Counted from the stretch's first letter, positions 9,154 through 19,905 are shown. The stretch: DNA of 64,000 bases from Candidatus Nanoarchaeia archaeon (GCA_035288925.1 DATDYS010000013.1:22168-86167); one strand, 5' to 3'. The notes: a model not told the origin generated them from the letters alone. Numbers and translations are program-made.

Positions 9154-11106
9154 ATGACCCACATCAAAATAACTTTCCCGGATGGAAGCGTGAAAGATTA
9201 TGCTAAAGGGATTACTGCAGGGGAAATTGCAATGCAAATAAGCCCAAGACTGGCAGAAGAGGCGGTTGTTGCAAAAGTAAACGGCGAATTGAAGGATTTA
9301 AGCCATTCAATAAATGAAGACGCAAATTTGCATATTTTAAAATTAAAAGACAAGGAAGGGCTTGATGCGTTAAGGCATTCTGTTGCGCACCTTCTCGCCG
9401 CTGCAGTCATGGAACTTTACCCAAACACAAAAAGAACCATAGGGCCGGCAATAGAAAACGGGTTTTATTTTGATTTTGAATTTGAAAAGCCCATTTCAGA
9501 AGAAGATTTGGCAAAAATAGAAAATAAAATGCGTGAAATTCTTCCAAAATGGGATAAATTCGAAAGGCATGAATTAAATGCATCAGAAGCTAAAAAAGAG
9601 TATCCGCACAACCAATTCAAGCACGAGCTTATAGAAGAGTTCTCAAAAGACGGGAAGAAATTAAGCTTCTATAAGTCAGGAGATTACTGGGATTTATGCA
9701 GAGGCGGTCATCTCTCGAGCATGAAAAAAGTAAAAGCAGAGTCATTCAAGCTTACCAAACTGGCCGGCGCTTACTGGAGGGGCTCTGAAAAAAATCAAAT
9801 GCTCACAAGAATCTATGGATTGGCCTTTGCTACAAAAAAAGAACTGAATGAATATTTGAAACAGCAGGAGGAAGCTGAGAAGCGGGATCACAAAAAGCTG
9901 GGAAGGGAAATGGAATTGTTCATGACTCACGAGCTCGTCGGAAAAGGCCTTCCGATTTGGCTGCCAAAGGGAGAAATAATCAAAAGAGAAATAGAAAATT
10001 TTGCAGTCGATACGGAAAGAAAAGCCGGCTATCAGAGAGTTTCAACGCCGATTCTTGCGAAAAAAGACCTGTACATCAAGTCTGGCCACATACCCTATTT
10101 CCAGGAATCTATGTTCCCGGAGATGGTTTTGGATGACGGCAGCTATTATCTCAAGGGAATGAACTGCCCGCACCACCATTTGATTTACGGACACAAAACA
10201 AGAAGCTACAGGGACTTGCCATTGAGGATTTCTGAATATGGGCTGTGCCATAGATATGAGTTGTCAGGCACTTTGGCAGGCTTGCTTCGGGTAAGGATGC
10301 TGTCCATGAATGATGCCCACATCTACTGTAGGAAAGACCAAATTGAGGAAGAATTTGAGAACGTGATAAGGCTCGTTGTAAATTACTATAAAATATTCGG
10401 CCTTGAACATTATTATTTCAGGCTGTCAACATGGGATCCAGAAAACAAAGAAAAATTCATCAATGAGCCGGAAAACTGGGAATTTTCGGAAAATATAATT
10501 AGAAAAGTGCTTCAGAGGAATAATGTAAAATTCACAGAGGCAAAGGGAGAAGCGGCGTTTTACGCAGTCAAGGTTGACATCCAATTTAAAGCGGTTACCG
10601 GAAGGGAAGAAACCATGTCAACAATCCAGCTTGATTTTGCAGCCAAGAAAAAGTTTGACTTGAAATACGCAGACAAAGATAACACCGAGAATAATGAGGT
10701 TTACGTAATCCATCGTGCGCCTCTTTCTACTCACGAAAGGTTTATGGCATTCTTAATAGAGCAGTATGCCGGCAGGTTCCCATTATGGCTGAGCCCGGTG
10801 CAAATCAGAATTTTAACCGTTGCCGACAGGTTCAATGATTATGCAAACAAATTAAAAGATGAATTTGAAAAAAATAATTTAAGGGTTGAAATTGATTCAA
10901 GCGCAGAAAGCATAGGCAAAAAGGTTTTTGAGGCGCAGAATGAAAAAATTCCCCTGATAATTACTGTAGGCGAAAAAGAAGAAAGCGCAAATACTGTTGC
11001 CGTTCGTACCTCGGAAGGAAAAGTTCATTTCGGGCTGAAGAATGAAGATTTCCTGAAGAAAGTTTTGGATAATGTCAAAAACCGCAATTTACAAATGATT
11101 TTTTAA
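9154..11106 (+). CDS. thrS: Threonine-tRNA ligase, bacterial type
   Basis: TGS domain, RHSVAHLLA, DLCRGGH, RDHKKLG, MNCPHH, GEAAFY, IHRAPLS. Confidence 0.97.
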   Translation: MTHIKITFPDGSVKDYAKGITAGEIAMQISPRLAEEAVVAKVNGELKDLSHSINEDANLHILKLKDKEGLDALRHSVAHLLAAAVMELYPNTKRTIGPAIENGFYFDFEFEKPISEEDLAKIENKMREILPKWDKFERHELNASEAKKEYPHNQFKHELIEEFSKDGKKLSFYKSGDYWDLCRGGHLSSMKKVKAESFKLTKLAGAYWRGSEKNQMLTRIYGLAFATKKELNEYLKQQEEAEKRDHKKLGREMELFMTHELVGKGLPIWLPKGEIIKREIENFAVDTERKAGYQRVSTPILAKKDLYIKSGHIPYFQESMFPEMVLDDGSYYLKGMNCPHHHLIYGHKTRSYRDLPLRISEYGLCHRYELSGTLAGLLRVRMLSMNDAHIYCRKDQIEEEFENVIRLVVNYYKIFGLEHYYFRLSTWDPENKEKFINEPENWEFSENIIRKVLQRNNVKFTEAKGEAAFYAVKVDIQFKAVTGREETMSTIQLDFAAKKKFDLKYADKDNTENNEVYVIHRAPLSTHERFMAFLIEQYAGRFPLWLSPVQIRILTVADRFNDYANKLKDEFEKNNLRVEIDSSAESIGKKVFEAQNEKIPLIITVGEKEESANTVAVRTSEGKVHFGLKNEDFLKKVLDNVKNRNLQMIF

Positions 11107-11108
11107 CG

Positions 11109-11163
11109 GTTTTTGAGCATGATCGAAAATCGTAATACATACTGTAAAATTTGCGATTTTCGA
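11109..11163. repeat. Intergenic inverted repeat between convergent genes
   Basis: TCGAAAATCG...CGATTTTCGA with flanking TTGAGCATG/CATATTCAA. Confidence 0.55.
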
Positions 11164-11202
11164 CATATTCAAGAGAAAAAGATTAAAGTTGAGCTGTAAA
11201 AC

Positions 11203-11493
11203 TTACGTGTTCTTCTTATTTATTTTCTTAAAGATTGAGACTATCAAACACGAAACAAAATAAGAGATTATAAACCCAAGGATTAGGTAAGAATAATTAA
11301 TCTCATAGATATGTCCTGCATACTTCAGCGACATCAGCCACATTGCAGCTGAGCCTGTTGTATCTGCTGGGCAGGGAATTGTAAAGCATCGTATTCCATT
11401 GTCATACCTGATAAATGGAACAAAGATTGCCAAAACTATCAAAAACAAAATTAATTTCCCAATAGTCGGCCTGAAAAATTCTTTCCAATCCAT
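11203..11493 (-). CDS. Small membrane protein
   Basis: 96 aa, two TM helices, CFTIPC loop. Confidence 0.65.
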   Translation of the reverse strand: MDWKEFFRPTIGKLILFLIVLAIFVPFIRYDNGIRCFTIPCPADTTGSAAMWLMSLKYAGHIYEINYSYLILGFIISYFVSCLIVSIFKKINKKNT

Positions 11494-11526
11494 TTTATTA
11501 AAATTAAATCAAAAAAATAAAAAAAT

Positions 11527-13737
11527 TTATTCTATCATCACGGGCAGGTCTCTGTAAAGCGGCGGATACGGGTAATTATCCTGCTTGTAAGGCAATTTAA
11601 TTTCTTTTAATTCAGTGGCGATGTTGTTCAAATCATTTGCCTTAATCTTTTTGTCCGAAACTGTGTAAAGCACATCGTCCATGAACAATGACCTTCGGAC
11701 TGCATTTGGCGAGCCGTACCAGTACCAATCCTGCTTTTCGTCGCCTTCATTGTGGGTTATGGTTCCTTTAACATCAAATCCGCTTAAGTCGACATTAAAG
11801 ACATAAGCGCCCTGCCAGCTTCTCTGCCTATAGTAGCCAAGATTCTGATCATATTCCATCTTGCCCCTGATTTCAGTAACCGGAATTACAAGCAGATTCT
11901 TTTCCCTGTCAAACAGGAATGCCTTGTGGTCCCTCAATGCTTCTGAGTCCGTTCCGGATGTTCCTATCTCATATTTATCCACTTGCTTTGGATTTTTGAC
12001 ATCAGATACATCGAACAAAGCTAATTTAACTCCTTTAACTGAAACTCCGCCCCATTCATTTCCTTCAGTCTCTTTCCCAATTCCAATTATGTGATTTTCA
12101 TCGTACGGATGCAAATAATCAGAGTATCCAGGTATTTTCAATTCTCCGAGTACTTCCGGCTTTTGAGGATTTGACAAATCTATAACAAACAATGGGTCGA
12201 TTCTCTTGAAAGTCACCATATACAATCTGTCGCCCAAAAATCTCGCTGAATAAATTCTTTCGTCTGGGGCAATTGCCTCAAGCTTTCCGACCGTATTCAA
12301 TTTGCTGTCAAGCACAAAAACATTGTTGTACATCACATTTTCCCTTTGAGTCCATATTTCAGTCGTCGTTGCAACCCTGAAATAATCTCCGTTCTCGTCC
12401 ATTGAAAATTGGTTCAGCAGGTATCCGGAAACTTCCCCTTTTGCGCCGTATTCAATTTTGCCGTTGTCTATTGCTATCCTGTGAATTATTGTTTTCCTTC
12501 TCTCGGCTTCAAGCTTCGCCTCGTAATCATTGACGGCATTTTCTATTTTCTGTATTAAATCATCTTTGCCGCTCTCATCCATCTTGTTGTACATTTCCTC
12601 AAGGACTGTTGAGATTTTATCCCATCTTTGATACGGGTTTAGGCTGTTGTCGTTCTTCAAATCTTTTATTTTATTTTGCGCATCTGACGAAAGCAGCGGC
12701 ACAACAACTTCAAAGAACCTGTCTTCATTGTGCGATTCGTAGTAATTATACGGCAAATTTTTCTGGTAAGTTATGTAAATGTTATTTTTTGAGACGTAGA
12801 TGCTGTTGGAGTACCCCATCATGAAAGTCTTTGCATTTACGTCATCACTTCCGCTTAAAATATTGAACGAAGTAACCGTGTTGAAATTATAATTGTATTC
12901 CGGATTGTCAAAATAATAAATTTCCGGCCTCACAATCATCTTTGCGCTTTTTGCAGATTCCATTATTATGGGAGTGTCAATTACCCTGTTGGAATAATAG
13001 ACGTTCTCCTGTGTTATAAAATAAACATAATTGTCTATCATTCTTGATTCAAGGTAATAGCCGCCTAAGTTGTAATCTTTCACAAGCTTAGGGTTTCTTC
13101 GGTCAGAAATATCATAGACCAAGGAATGCGTTTTCTGGGTGTATCTTGGGCTTGGCCTGAAATCATAAGGCGAAAACCCCGCCACTTCATCATTTCCATC
13201 GGAGAAAACAACCAGCCTGTCCTTGTTTACAAATATGTTCCTCGGGTTTCCGTCTATTTTTGTTTCTGACAGTATTTTTGCATTTTCCGCAGGATAAGCG
13301 TCAACAATCACCAACTTATTTTGCGTCAAAGTATAAATATATTTGTCATCGTTTTTTACAAAATCCGCCTCATCAACACCCTGAACCTGAACATTTGTCT
13401 GCGAGTAATCAGTTGCGCCAGCGCTTGATTCCGAAGCAGAAGATTTGACTTGTGCAGCCATTGGAGCGGCTATATCCATAGCAATTCCACCCCTTATCCC
13501 GCCGCCTATTGTTCCATAATTTCCTGAATTTGTGTTTACCTTGTCAAGAAAATCCATCAATTCCTGAGTTGAGGAAAATTTTTTCAACTCCTGCGTCGAC
13601 TGGAACTGGGCCAGATTGGAATCCGGGGATTTGTTCTTCCCGTAATCATTGGCAACACCGGTGTTGCATGATGCCACAGCCAATATCAAAAATAAAAATG
13701 TAAATATGTAAAAAATCTTAGTGCTTTGGTTTTTCAT
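11527..13737 (-). CDS. Secreted beta-propeller domain protein (COG4880-like)
   Basis: Signal or lipoprotein-like N-terminus, YSQTNVQVQGVDEADFVKND, LNQFSMDE, DPLFVIDLS, GELKIPGYSDYLHP. Confidence 0.9.
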   Translation of the reverse strand: MKNQSTKIFYIFTFLFLILAVASCNTGVANDYGKNKSPDSNLAQFQSTQELKKFSSTQELMDFLDKVNTNSGNYGTIGGGIRGGIAMDIAAPMAAQVKSSASESSAGATDYSQTNVQVQGVDEADFVKNDDKYIYTLTQNKLVIVDAYPAENAKILSETKIDGNPRNIFVNKDRLVVFSDGNDEVAGFSPYDFRPSPRYTQKTHSLVYDISDRRNPKLVKDYNLGGYYLESRMIDNYVYFITQENVYYSNRVIDTPIIMESAKSAKMIVRPEIYYFDNPEYNYNFNTVTSFNILSGSDDVNAKTFMMGYSNSIYVSKNNIYITYQKNLPYNYYESHNEDRFFEVVVPLLSSDAQNKIKDLKNDNSLNPYQRWDKISTVLEEMYNKMDESGKDDLIQKIENAVNDYEAKLEAERRKTIIHRIAIDNGKIEYGAKGEVSGYLLNQFSMDENGDYFRVATTTEIWTQRENVMYNNVFVLDSKLNTVGKLEAIAPDERIYSARFLGDRLYMVTFKRIDPLFVIDLSNPQKPEVLGELKIPGYSDYLHPYDENHIIGIGKETEGNEWGGVSVKGVKLALFDVSDVKNPKQVDKYEIGTSGTDSEALRDHKAFLFDREKNLLVIPVTEIRGKMEYDQNLGYYRQRSWQGAYVFNVDLSGFDVKGTITHNEGDEKQDWYWYGSPNAVRRSLFMDDVLYTVSDKKIKANDLNNIATELKEIKLPYKQDNYPYPPLYRDLPVMIE

Positions 13738-13824
13738 TTTTATTACCTCGCTGTTTTTAATTAATCTTGATAATCACTACGTGTTTATATACTATTTCAT
13801 AACTATTAGCCGGTTTGAAGTTAT

Positions 13825-14433
13825 TCAGTCTGTATCTTTTCTCATTAAGCCAATTATAAAATAAACCAGCAAGGCGAATATTGCGCCGGCCAAAAACCAT
13901 AAGGCGATATTTGGAATTGCTGTTTGCGCCTGCTGTGTTGCCTGAACTGCAGCTTCCTGCGCCACCATAGGCGCTGCCATTGTTTTTGCAACTTCAGCAT
14001 CACCTGCTATTTGCCTAGTTGAAATTATATTTCCTCCTGAAAAATAATTATTAACCAGCTGGATTATCAATGCAGCTCCGCTCACTATCAGAACGGCTGG
14101 AAGAATGCTTTTTAATTTTTCTTTTATACTGGAAGCATTTTTCGGCGCTATTATTATATACTTGTTTGCCAGCCTGTAATGGTTTACTTCCTTGCCTTTC
14201 TCACTATAATGATACTCATTCGCATCAATCAGCCCAGTTTCCATCAGCTGCTGAAGATTATAATGCACCGTTGAGATTGGGATATCAAGTTTTGATGCAA
14301 GCTCTGATTCAGTCGCTTCCTTATTTGCCAAATAGTCCAGTATCTTCCTGCAGGAATCATTGCTGATTACGTTTGAAATCTTCTTAATCTTTGAATCTTC
14401 CATAGATAACAGTATGAAATTTTTCTTTGCCAT
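13825..14433 (-). CDS. ArsR-like HTH regulator with C-terminal TM helices
   Basis: RKILDYL..ATESELASKLDIPISTVHYNLQQL, YSEKGKE, two TM segments. Confidence 0.85.
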   Translation of the reverse strand: MAKKNFILLSMEDSKIKKISNVISNDSCRKILDYLANKEATESELASKLDIPISTVHYNLQQLMETGLIDANEYHYSEKGKEVNHYRLANKYIIIAPKNASSIKEKLKSILPAVLIVSGAALIIQLVNNYFSGGNIISTRQIAGDAEVAKTMAAPMVAQEAAVQATQQAQTAIPNIALWFLAGAIFALLVYFIIGLMRKDTD

Positions 14434-14530
14434 AGTAAACAATACAGATTGGGTTTTATAAATAGTTTTTGATGGATTTGAATTGGGTGGAAGCTATCTC
14501 CTAAGATTCAAAATATGCCTAAACGAATAG

Positions 14531-14540
14531 TTTTATAAAT
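14531..14540 (+). promoter_or_regulatory. TATA box of probably leaderless srp54
   Basis: TTTTATAAAT about 22 nt upstream of ATG 14562. Confidence 0.55.
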
Positions 14541-14561
14541 TAAATTGTACACCTAGCCTGT

Positions 14562-15911
14562 ATGGTCCTCGACAAGCTAAGCGACTCCCTGAAGAACACT
14601 CTGCAGAAGATAGCCAAATCTCTTTTTGTAGATGAAAAGCTGATAAATGAGCTAATAAAGGATATTCAGAAAGCATTATTGCACTCGGACGTCAACGTAA
14701 AATTGGTTTTTAACCTGACCGAAAATATCAAGCAAAGGGCATTAAATGAAGAATCTCCAAAAGGCCTGACAAAAAAAGAGCAGATAATAAACATTGTTTA
14801 TGACGAGCTGGTTAATTTTCTTGGAAAAGAGCAGCATAAAGTTGACATTAAGCAAAAGCCTTTCAAGATAATGCTCGTTGGATTGTTTGGCTCGGGAAAA
14901 ACAACAACCACTGGAAAACTCGCTAAATTCTACACAAAAAGGGGATATAAAGTTGCTTTGGTTGGGCTGGATGTCCACCGCCCGGCAGCGATGGACCAAA
15001 TTGAGCAAGTAGGAAAAACTGCAAATGTAAAAGTTTTTTCTGACAGGCACATCAAAGACGCTGTTGAAATATGGGAAAAATACAAAAATGAAGCTTATGA
15101 TTATGATGTTCTTATTATAGACACTTCCGGACGAGATGCACTGTCAAAAGACTTGATTCTTGAAATAGAAGAGGTAAACGGAAAAATACAGCCAGATGAA
15201 AATTTGCTTGTCATTTCTGCTGATATCGGGCAGGCTGCGCAAAAGCAGGCTGAGCAGTTTCACAAAAGCTGCGGCATAACCGGGATAATTGTTTCCAAGA
15301 TGGACGGGACTGCAAGGGGCGGCGGGGCATTGACAGCAGCAGCAGTTTCAGGAGCGCCGATAAAATTTATCGGTGTCGGCGAGAAAATAGATGATTTAGA
15401 ACAGTTCAACCCGCAGGGATTTGTCGGGCGCATTCTCGGAATGGGCGACCTGGAAGCTTTATTGGAAAAGGCAAAAGAAGCCATAAAAGTCGAGGATGCG
15501 GAAGATTTGGGAAAAAAATTTTTGAAAGGAGAATTTAATCTGATAGATTTATACGAGCAGATGGAAGCAATGTCAAAGATGGGGCCTTTGTCCTCGATTG
15601 TCGAGATGATTCCCGGATTCTCGTCATTGAAATTGCCGAAAGAAATGCTCCAGGTTCAGGAAGGCAAGCTAAAAAAATGGAAGATAGCCATGAATTCGAT
15701 GACAAGAGCGGAGCTTGAAGAGCCGGAATTGGTTGATTCCTCAAGAATCGAAAGAATCTCAAAAGGCTCAGGCATTCCAACAAATGAAATAAGGGAAATG
15801 ATAAAGCAGCACCGCCAGTCAAAGAAAATGGTCAAGATGTTCAAAGGAAGCAAAGGCGACATGGGCAAGATGATGAAGAAATTTGGAGGAAGGCTGCCGA
15901 TGGGCGGGTGA
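14562..15911 (+). CDS. srp54: Signal recognition particle protein SRP54
   Basis: GLFGSGKTTT, DTSGR, SKMDGTARGGGA, Met-rich M domain. Confidence 0.97.
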   Translation: MVLDKLSDSLKNTLQKIAKSLFVDEKLINELIKDIQKALLHSDVNVKLVFNLTENIKQRALNEESPKGLTKKEQIINIVYDELVNFLGKEQHKVDIKQKPFKIMLVGLFGSGKTTTTGKLAKFYTKRGYKVALVGLDVHRPAAMDQIEQVGKTANVKVFSDRHIKDAVEIWEKYKNEAYDYDVLIIDTSGRDALSKDLILEIEEVNGKIQPDENLLVISADIGQAAQKQAEQFHKSCGITGIIVSKMDGTARGGGALTAAAVSGAPIKFIGVGEKIDDLEQFNPQGFVGRILGMGDLEALLEKAKEAIKVEDAEDLGKKFLKGEFNLIDLYEQMEAMSKMGPLSSIVEMIPGFSSLKLPKEMLQVQEGKLKKWKIAMNSMTRAELEEPELVDSSRIERISKGSGIPTNEIREMIKQHRQSKKMVKMFKGSKGDMGKMMKKFGGRLPMGG

Positions 15912-15912
15912 A

Positions 15913-16581
15913 TTACTCTCCCAGAAACTTCGGGTTAAATTTGTCAAACCATTCTCTTTTCTCTATCTCGTCAAGAATATTGTAGAATCCGAAAGTCGAG
16001 GCGTTCCCGTAAACCTCTATTTTTTTGTCAAACCCATTTTTTAGCGCGTAGAAAGCGCAGATCCTGAAGCAGGCCGAGTTGCCATTCAAAATTTCCGGGG
16101 CGTTGCAAATAATTTCAACCATTTTTTCTTTCCGGTCATACTCCGCGGCAACCGTGCCTGTCCCGTTCTCAGGGTCGATGTAGGAAAGGAACAATTTGTC
16201 CATTATCGAATCAAGAAAATTTGCAAATTTCTCAACATTTCCGACGTCAATCTGGCTGAAATTTGCCCTTCCGGCCGATTTCAATCCCGGGATCTTTGAG
16301 GCGGAATTTACGAAGAAATCTTTGACGTCTTTTTCTTTTACGAAAATTCTTACTTTGTAGCTGTCTATTGCTTTCCTTGTTTTTACTTTTATTCCTTTGT
16401 ATTTTCTGTTGAACTGCTCTGACAACTTTTCGAATTTCGGGATAAACATATCCAGGTCAGTCTGCGCCTCGCCGTAGTACCTGTCTATTTCCGCGCCTAC
16501 TTTAATCATCTGGAAAAAATCTTTCCTGAACTGGGAAATATCGTTTGCAGAAAACTCAGACAGCAGGTCACCGTTAGCCAT
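15913..16581 (-). CDS. Hypothetical protein
   Basis: ~222 aa ORF, no recognised motif. Confidence 0.65.
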   Translation of the reverse strand: MANGDLLSEFSANDISQFRKDFFQMIKVGAEIDRYYGEAQTDLDMFIPKFEKLSEQFNRKYKGIKVKTRKAIDSYKVRIFVKEKDVKDFFVNSASKIPGLKSAGRANFSQIDVGNVEKFANFLDSIMDKLFLSYIDPENGTGTVAAEYDRKEKMVEIICNAPEILNGNSACFRICAFYALKNGFDKKIEVYGNASTFGFYNILDEIEKREWFDKFNPKFLGE

Positions 16582-16698
16582 GGGCAAATTATTTTTACGG
16601 GATTATTTAAATATTGCGTATTAATCCATTTCAGCTGCCCAAATCAAAAGGTTTAAATACTATTTTTAAAATAGCCAGTTTATTAAAAAGAGGTGATT

Positions 16699-16896
16699 AT
16701 GTTGAATACAAAAACTGCCTATAAGCTTACAGGACTGGTGGTGCTTATATTGGGAATATTGTTCTTCCTGAGGGATATCGGTGTCAATCTCATCGGAGAT
16801 ACAAGCGGATGGACTATAGTGATAGTTCTGATAGGCGCAGGATTGATTGCCGGGGAAGTTACGCTGCCAAATCCGCCTGCAAAAAAGTCTAAATGA
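16699..16896 (+). CDS. Small two-TM membrane protein
   Basis: SD GAGGTGA before ATG 16699; two hydrophobic helices. Confidence 0.65.
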   Translation: MLNTKTAYKLTGLVVLILGILFFLRDIGVNLIGDTSGWTIVIVLIGAGLIAGEVTLPNPPAKKSK

Positions 16897-16984
16897 ATTA
16901 GTTTTTTCTTTTATATTTTTGATTTATTCTGAAATGGATGTGAATAGAAAAATAAAAAGGGTCAGCAATAAGCCAACCCTAAAA

Positions 16985-17145
16985 TCCCCGCGGCCGGACT
17001 TGCATGCGGAAGCACGCTCGCTTCTCGCAATTTGAACCAGCAACCTCCCGGGAACTGCTGCTGTTTTACCTTCATCCTTTGCCAATGCACAGTCGGTAAA
17101 TGAGTTTATCTACAGCCGAGCGCTCCACCGTTAAGCTACGCGGGG
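16985..17145 (-). tRNA. tRNA-Tyr(GTA) with two introns (37/38 and T-loop 59/60)
   Basis: Acceptor CCCCGCG/CGCGGGG+A (C1:G72), anticodon GTA 17113-17111, introns 17109-17053 (57 nt) and 17030-16999 (32 nt) with BHB-like junctions; spliced T-loop TTCAAAT. Confidence 0.88.
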
Positions 17146-17217
17146 ACAGGCTTTAGAAATGATTTTGGTTTATAAAGATTGTGTAAAAAAATCCGTTTTT
17201 TCCATTAATCCGCGTTC

Positions 17218-18651
17218 CTATCCGCCAACACTGACCCTGTTAGAATTAGTTATAATAACTTTATTCCCTATTTTAGTCCTTGCATTTGCGGCAGGCAGGT
17301 TAAACTCTCCAAGAATTGAAAGCCTTGACCTCATTTTATATGAAAGAACGCGCTCATCCCCTGGCTCAATCGATTCAATGTTCCACTTAATCATGATTCC
17401 TTTTTTTGGGTGCTGCAAAATCGCATGCGGCTGCATTGAGCCGATTGACAGTTCTTTCTCAACGTTTGCGATGTGGGGCACATTGTCCATGACTTCAATA
17501 GCTTCAATCAGCTTCGCGCTTCTGTTCTTGACCCTTACGACCACTTTTGCCTCTGAAATCCCGCCGTCGCTCATGCCGACATTCGCAATGCTTTTCCTCA
17601 CGACAAGAGGGCTTCTGAAAAGGAAGTAAAGAACCACGGCAACTATTATCAGCGCGATTATAACAACCAAAGGCCTGTAATTTTCAGTAACACGCAAGGA
17701 TATCGAGCGATCGCTGCCCAGGCTGACATCCCAGACAAGGTAATACCCATCATTCTCTTTAACAGTTCTTGCCCTGGGGCTTGTGGTCAGGAATAAATTT
17801 TTTATCGGGGAAGTTTCAATTTTTACAACTCCCTTATAATCCGGATTGTTGGATGATATCTTTATTCCGCTTCTCGTCTTCAGCAATAGCACTTCTTTCT
17901 TCAAATCTTCCTTTACAACATACTCAGCCACGCTGAATTCCGCTTCAGTCGGGCTGACAATTACCCTGTCCCCTTTCATGACTGTCACAGTCAGCCTGTC
18001 CAGCTGGGGAGGGGTCATTGAATCAAGTTCTTTCCTGATTTCAATTGTTTTTTCCTCCTTAGGATCAAGAGAAGTATAAAGCTCGCCATTAACCAGGCCG
18101 CTTTCGAGCTTTACTGTCAGGTTTGTGTAGTTAATCACGTTTTGATTGTTTAATTTAACTCTTATTGTGAACTCATTTCTTGGGTCAATGCTTTCCGGCA
18201 CTACGCTCGCAGTTGCCAGCACGGTAGGAATGTAGCCGCCAATTAGCGGCTCAGTGGATATTATCCCAACGATGACCGGGACTTTCTGCTCTTCTTTCAG
18301 CCGCTCAAGCACAACTCCCACATCCAAAGTGTAAGTGTCAACAGAGGTTATATGGAGCGGCGCAACATAAAGCGGCACAATCACATTGCCGTCTGCAGGA
18401 ACAATTACAGTTATCGGGTTTTGCAGCGGCTTGGTATACATGTCCCAGAAAGGGTACCCTGTTTTCTTGATTGTAAATTCTTCAGAAGTTGCCAGATTAT
18501 TGTGTATGTTTATATCAAAGAGCGCCACATCATCAACAACAATCTTGTCCTTGACGGGGGTTGCATTGATATCAAAAGAGCTTGCATAAGCCAGGTTAAT
18601 AGCCAGCAAAAATATGGAAGCGAGAATAAGCGACTGTGTTATTTTTCTCAT
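17218..18651 (-). CDS. Secreted or membrane protein with Ig-like (CARDB-like) domains
   Basis: Signal peptide, beta-rich repeats, internal TM near aa 330, C-terminal V.V.VKN..V.D..P domain. Confidence 0.7.
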   Translation of the reverse strand: MRKITQSLILASIFLLAINLAYASSFDINATPVKDKIVVDDVALFDINIHNNLATSEEFTIKKTGYPFWDMYTKPLQNPITVIVPADGNVIVPLYVAPLHITSVDTYTLDVGVVLERLKEEQKVPVIVGIISTEPLIGGYIPTVLATASVVPESIDPRNEFTIRVKLNNQNVINYTNLTVKLESGLVNGELYTSLDPKEEKTIEIRKELDSMTPPQLDRLTVTVMKGDRVIVSPTEAEFSVAEYVVKEDLKKEVLLLKTRSGIKISSNNPDYKGVVKIETSPIKNLFLTTSPRARTVKENDGYYLVWDVSLGSDRSISLRVTENYRPLVVIIALIIVAVVLYFLFRSPLVVRKSIANVGMSDGGISEAKVVVRVKNRSAKLIEAIEVMDNVPHIANVEKELSIGSMQPHAILQHPKKGIMIKWNIESIEPGDERVLSYKMRSRLSILGEFNLPAANARTKIGNKVIITNSNRVSVGG

Positions 18652-18801
18652 GAACGCACCTTTTTTACGTGTAAAAGACCGGACTGCCTACCTAATTGCA
18701 AAATTTTTGATGTTCTTAAATTGAATTACTTATATATAAATCTTTTCTTATATGAGTACCCATAGAAAACTTTATATACAACGATAATCAAAAATCAGCT
18801 C

Positions 18802-19365
18802 ATGCAACCCGATGATTTTATACACTTTAATGAAGCGCCTACGCGAACTGCCTACATCCAGTACAAGGGGATTTTTGACATGCAGGATTTGTATGAATCT
18901 GTGGCGGACTTCTTCAGCCAGAAAAAATTCAAGTTTTATGAAAAACAGCAGCGGTATAGGAAGCCGGGGCCTTTTGGCCCGGAAATATTATACCAATTTG
19001 AGGCCAACAGGACAATTGAAGATTATTATAAATGGTATGTATACATAACAATGGAAACTTTTGACGTGCACGATGTGGAGGTTGTGTCAAAAGACGGCAC
19101 AAAGAAAAAGATGACCAAAGGCAGGATTTGGGTGCAGCTTTACGGGAAAGTTGAGATGGACCCGGAGCATGTCTGGGATAAATCGGCATTTCTCGCGCAT
19201 TTAAAAGGATTTTACAACAAGTATGTACTAAGAAAAAGGATTGAAGGGGTGTGGTGGGATGAGCTCCAGTACAAAATTGTCTTGCGGCTTCATGCTCTTA
19301 TAAAAGAAAGGCTGAAAATGTCTTCTGAAGTCAATGAGACAAGGCACCACAGCGGCGTGCATTAA
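18802..19365 (+). CDS. Hypothetical protein, paralogue 1 of 3
   Basis: Shares Y.G.F...D.Y, EK and F...YxK/H pattern with the next two ORFs. Confidence 0.8.
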   Translation: MQPDDFIHFNEAPTRTAYIQYKGIFDMQDLYESVADFFSQKKFKFYEKQQRYRKPGPFGPEILYQFEANRTIEDYYKWYVYITMETFDVHDVEVVSKDGTKKKMTKGRIWVQLYGKVEMDPEHVWDKSAFLAHLKGFYNKYVLRKRIEGVWWDELQYKIVLRLHALIKERLKMSSEVNETRHHSGVH

Positions 19366-19377
19366 AAAAAGAGAAAA

Positions 19378-19905
19378 ATGGGACATCTAAAGATAATTGT
19401 AGACCATGTAAAGCTGGAATACAAGGGGCCTCTTGTTCTTAGCGATATGTTCAGGATGATTGAGACTTTCATCTGGGAAAAGGGCTATGACAAGCAGCAT
19501 GAGAAAGATTTTGAGCTTAACAACCCGGCAGGAAAATCATTCGAGTGGCAGGTTTCCCCATGGAAAAAGATATCAGACTATTCGCAGTACATACTTAAAA
19601 TCAGAATTCTTGGTTACGATTTCGTGAAAAGCGATATAATGGTCAACGGGAAGAAAACCAAAATCGACACCGGCAGGGTCAGCGTGGTGATTGACGCATT
19701 TCTTCAGCATGATTATGACAACTACTGGGACGAGCATCCGGTCCTTTATTTTTTGAGGACTATCTACGACCACTTTATTTTCAAGGTTTATACGGAAAAC
19801 CTCGAGCACAGGCTTGTGCACGACATGAACATGCTTGCCGATGACATTGCAAAATTTTTCAACATGTGCAGGCATTACACTGTGATTTCAAAATCAAAGC
19901 CATAA
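19378..19905 (+). CDS. Hypothetical protein, paralogue 2 of 3
   Basis: YKGPLVLSDMF..WEKGYDKQHEK..FLRTIYDHFIFK. Confidence 0.8.
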   Translation: MGHLKIIVDHVKLEYKGPLVLSDMFRMIETFIWEKGYDKQHEKDFELNNPAGKSFEWQVSPWKKISDYSQYILKIRILGYDFVKSDIMVNGKKTKIDTGRVSVVIDAFLQHDYDNYWDEHPVLYFLRTIYDHFIFKVYTENLEHRLVHDMNMLADDIAKFFNMCRHYTVISKSKP

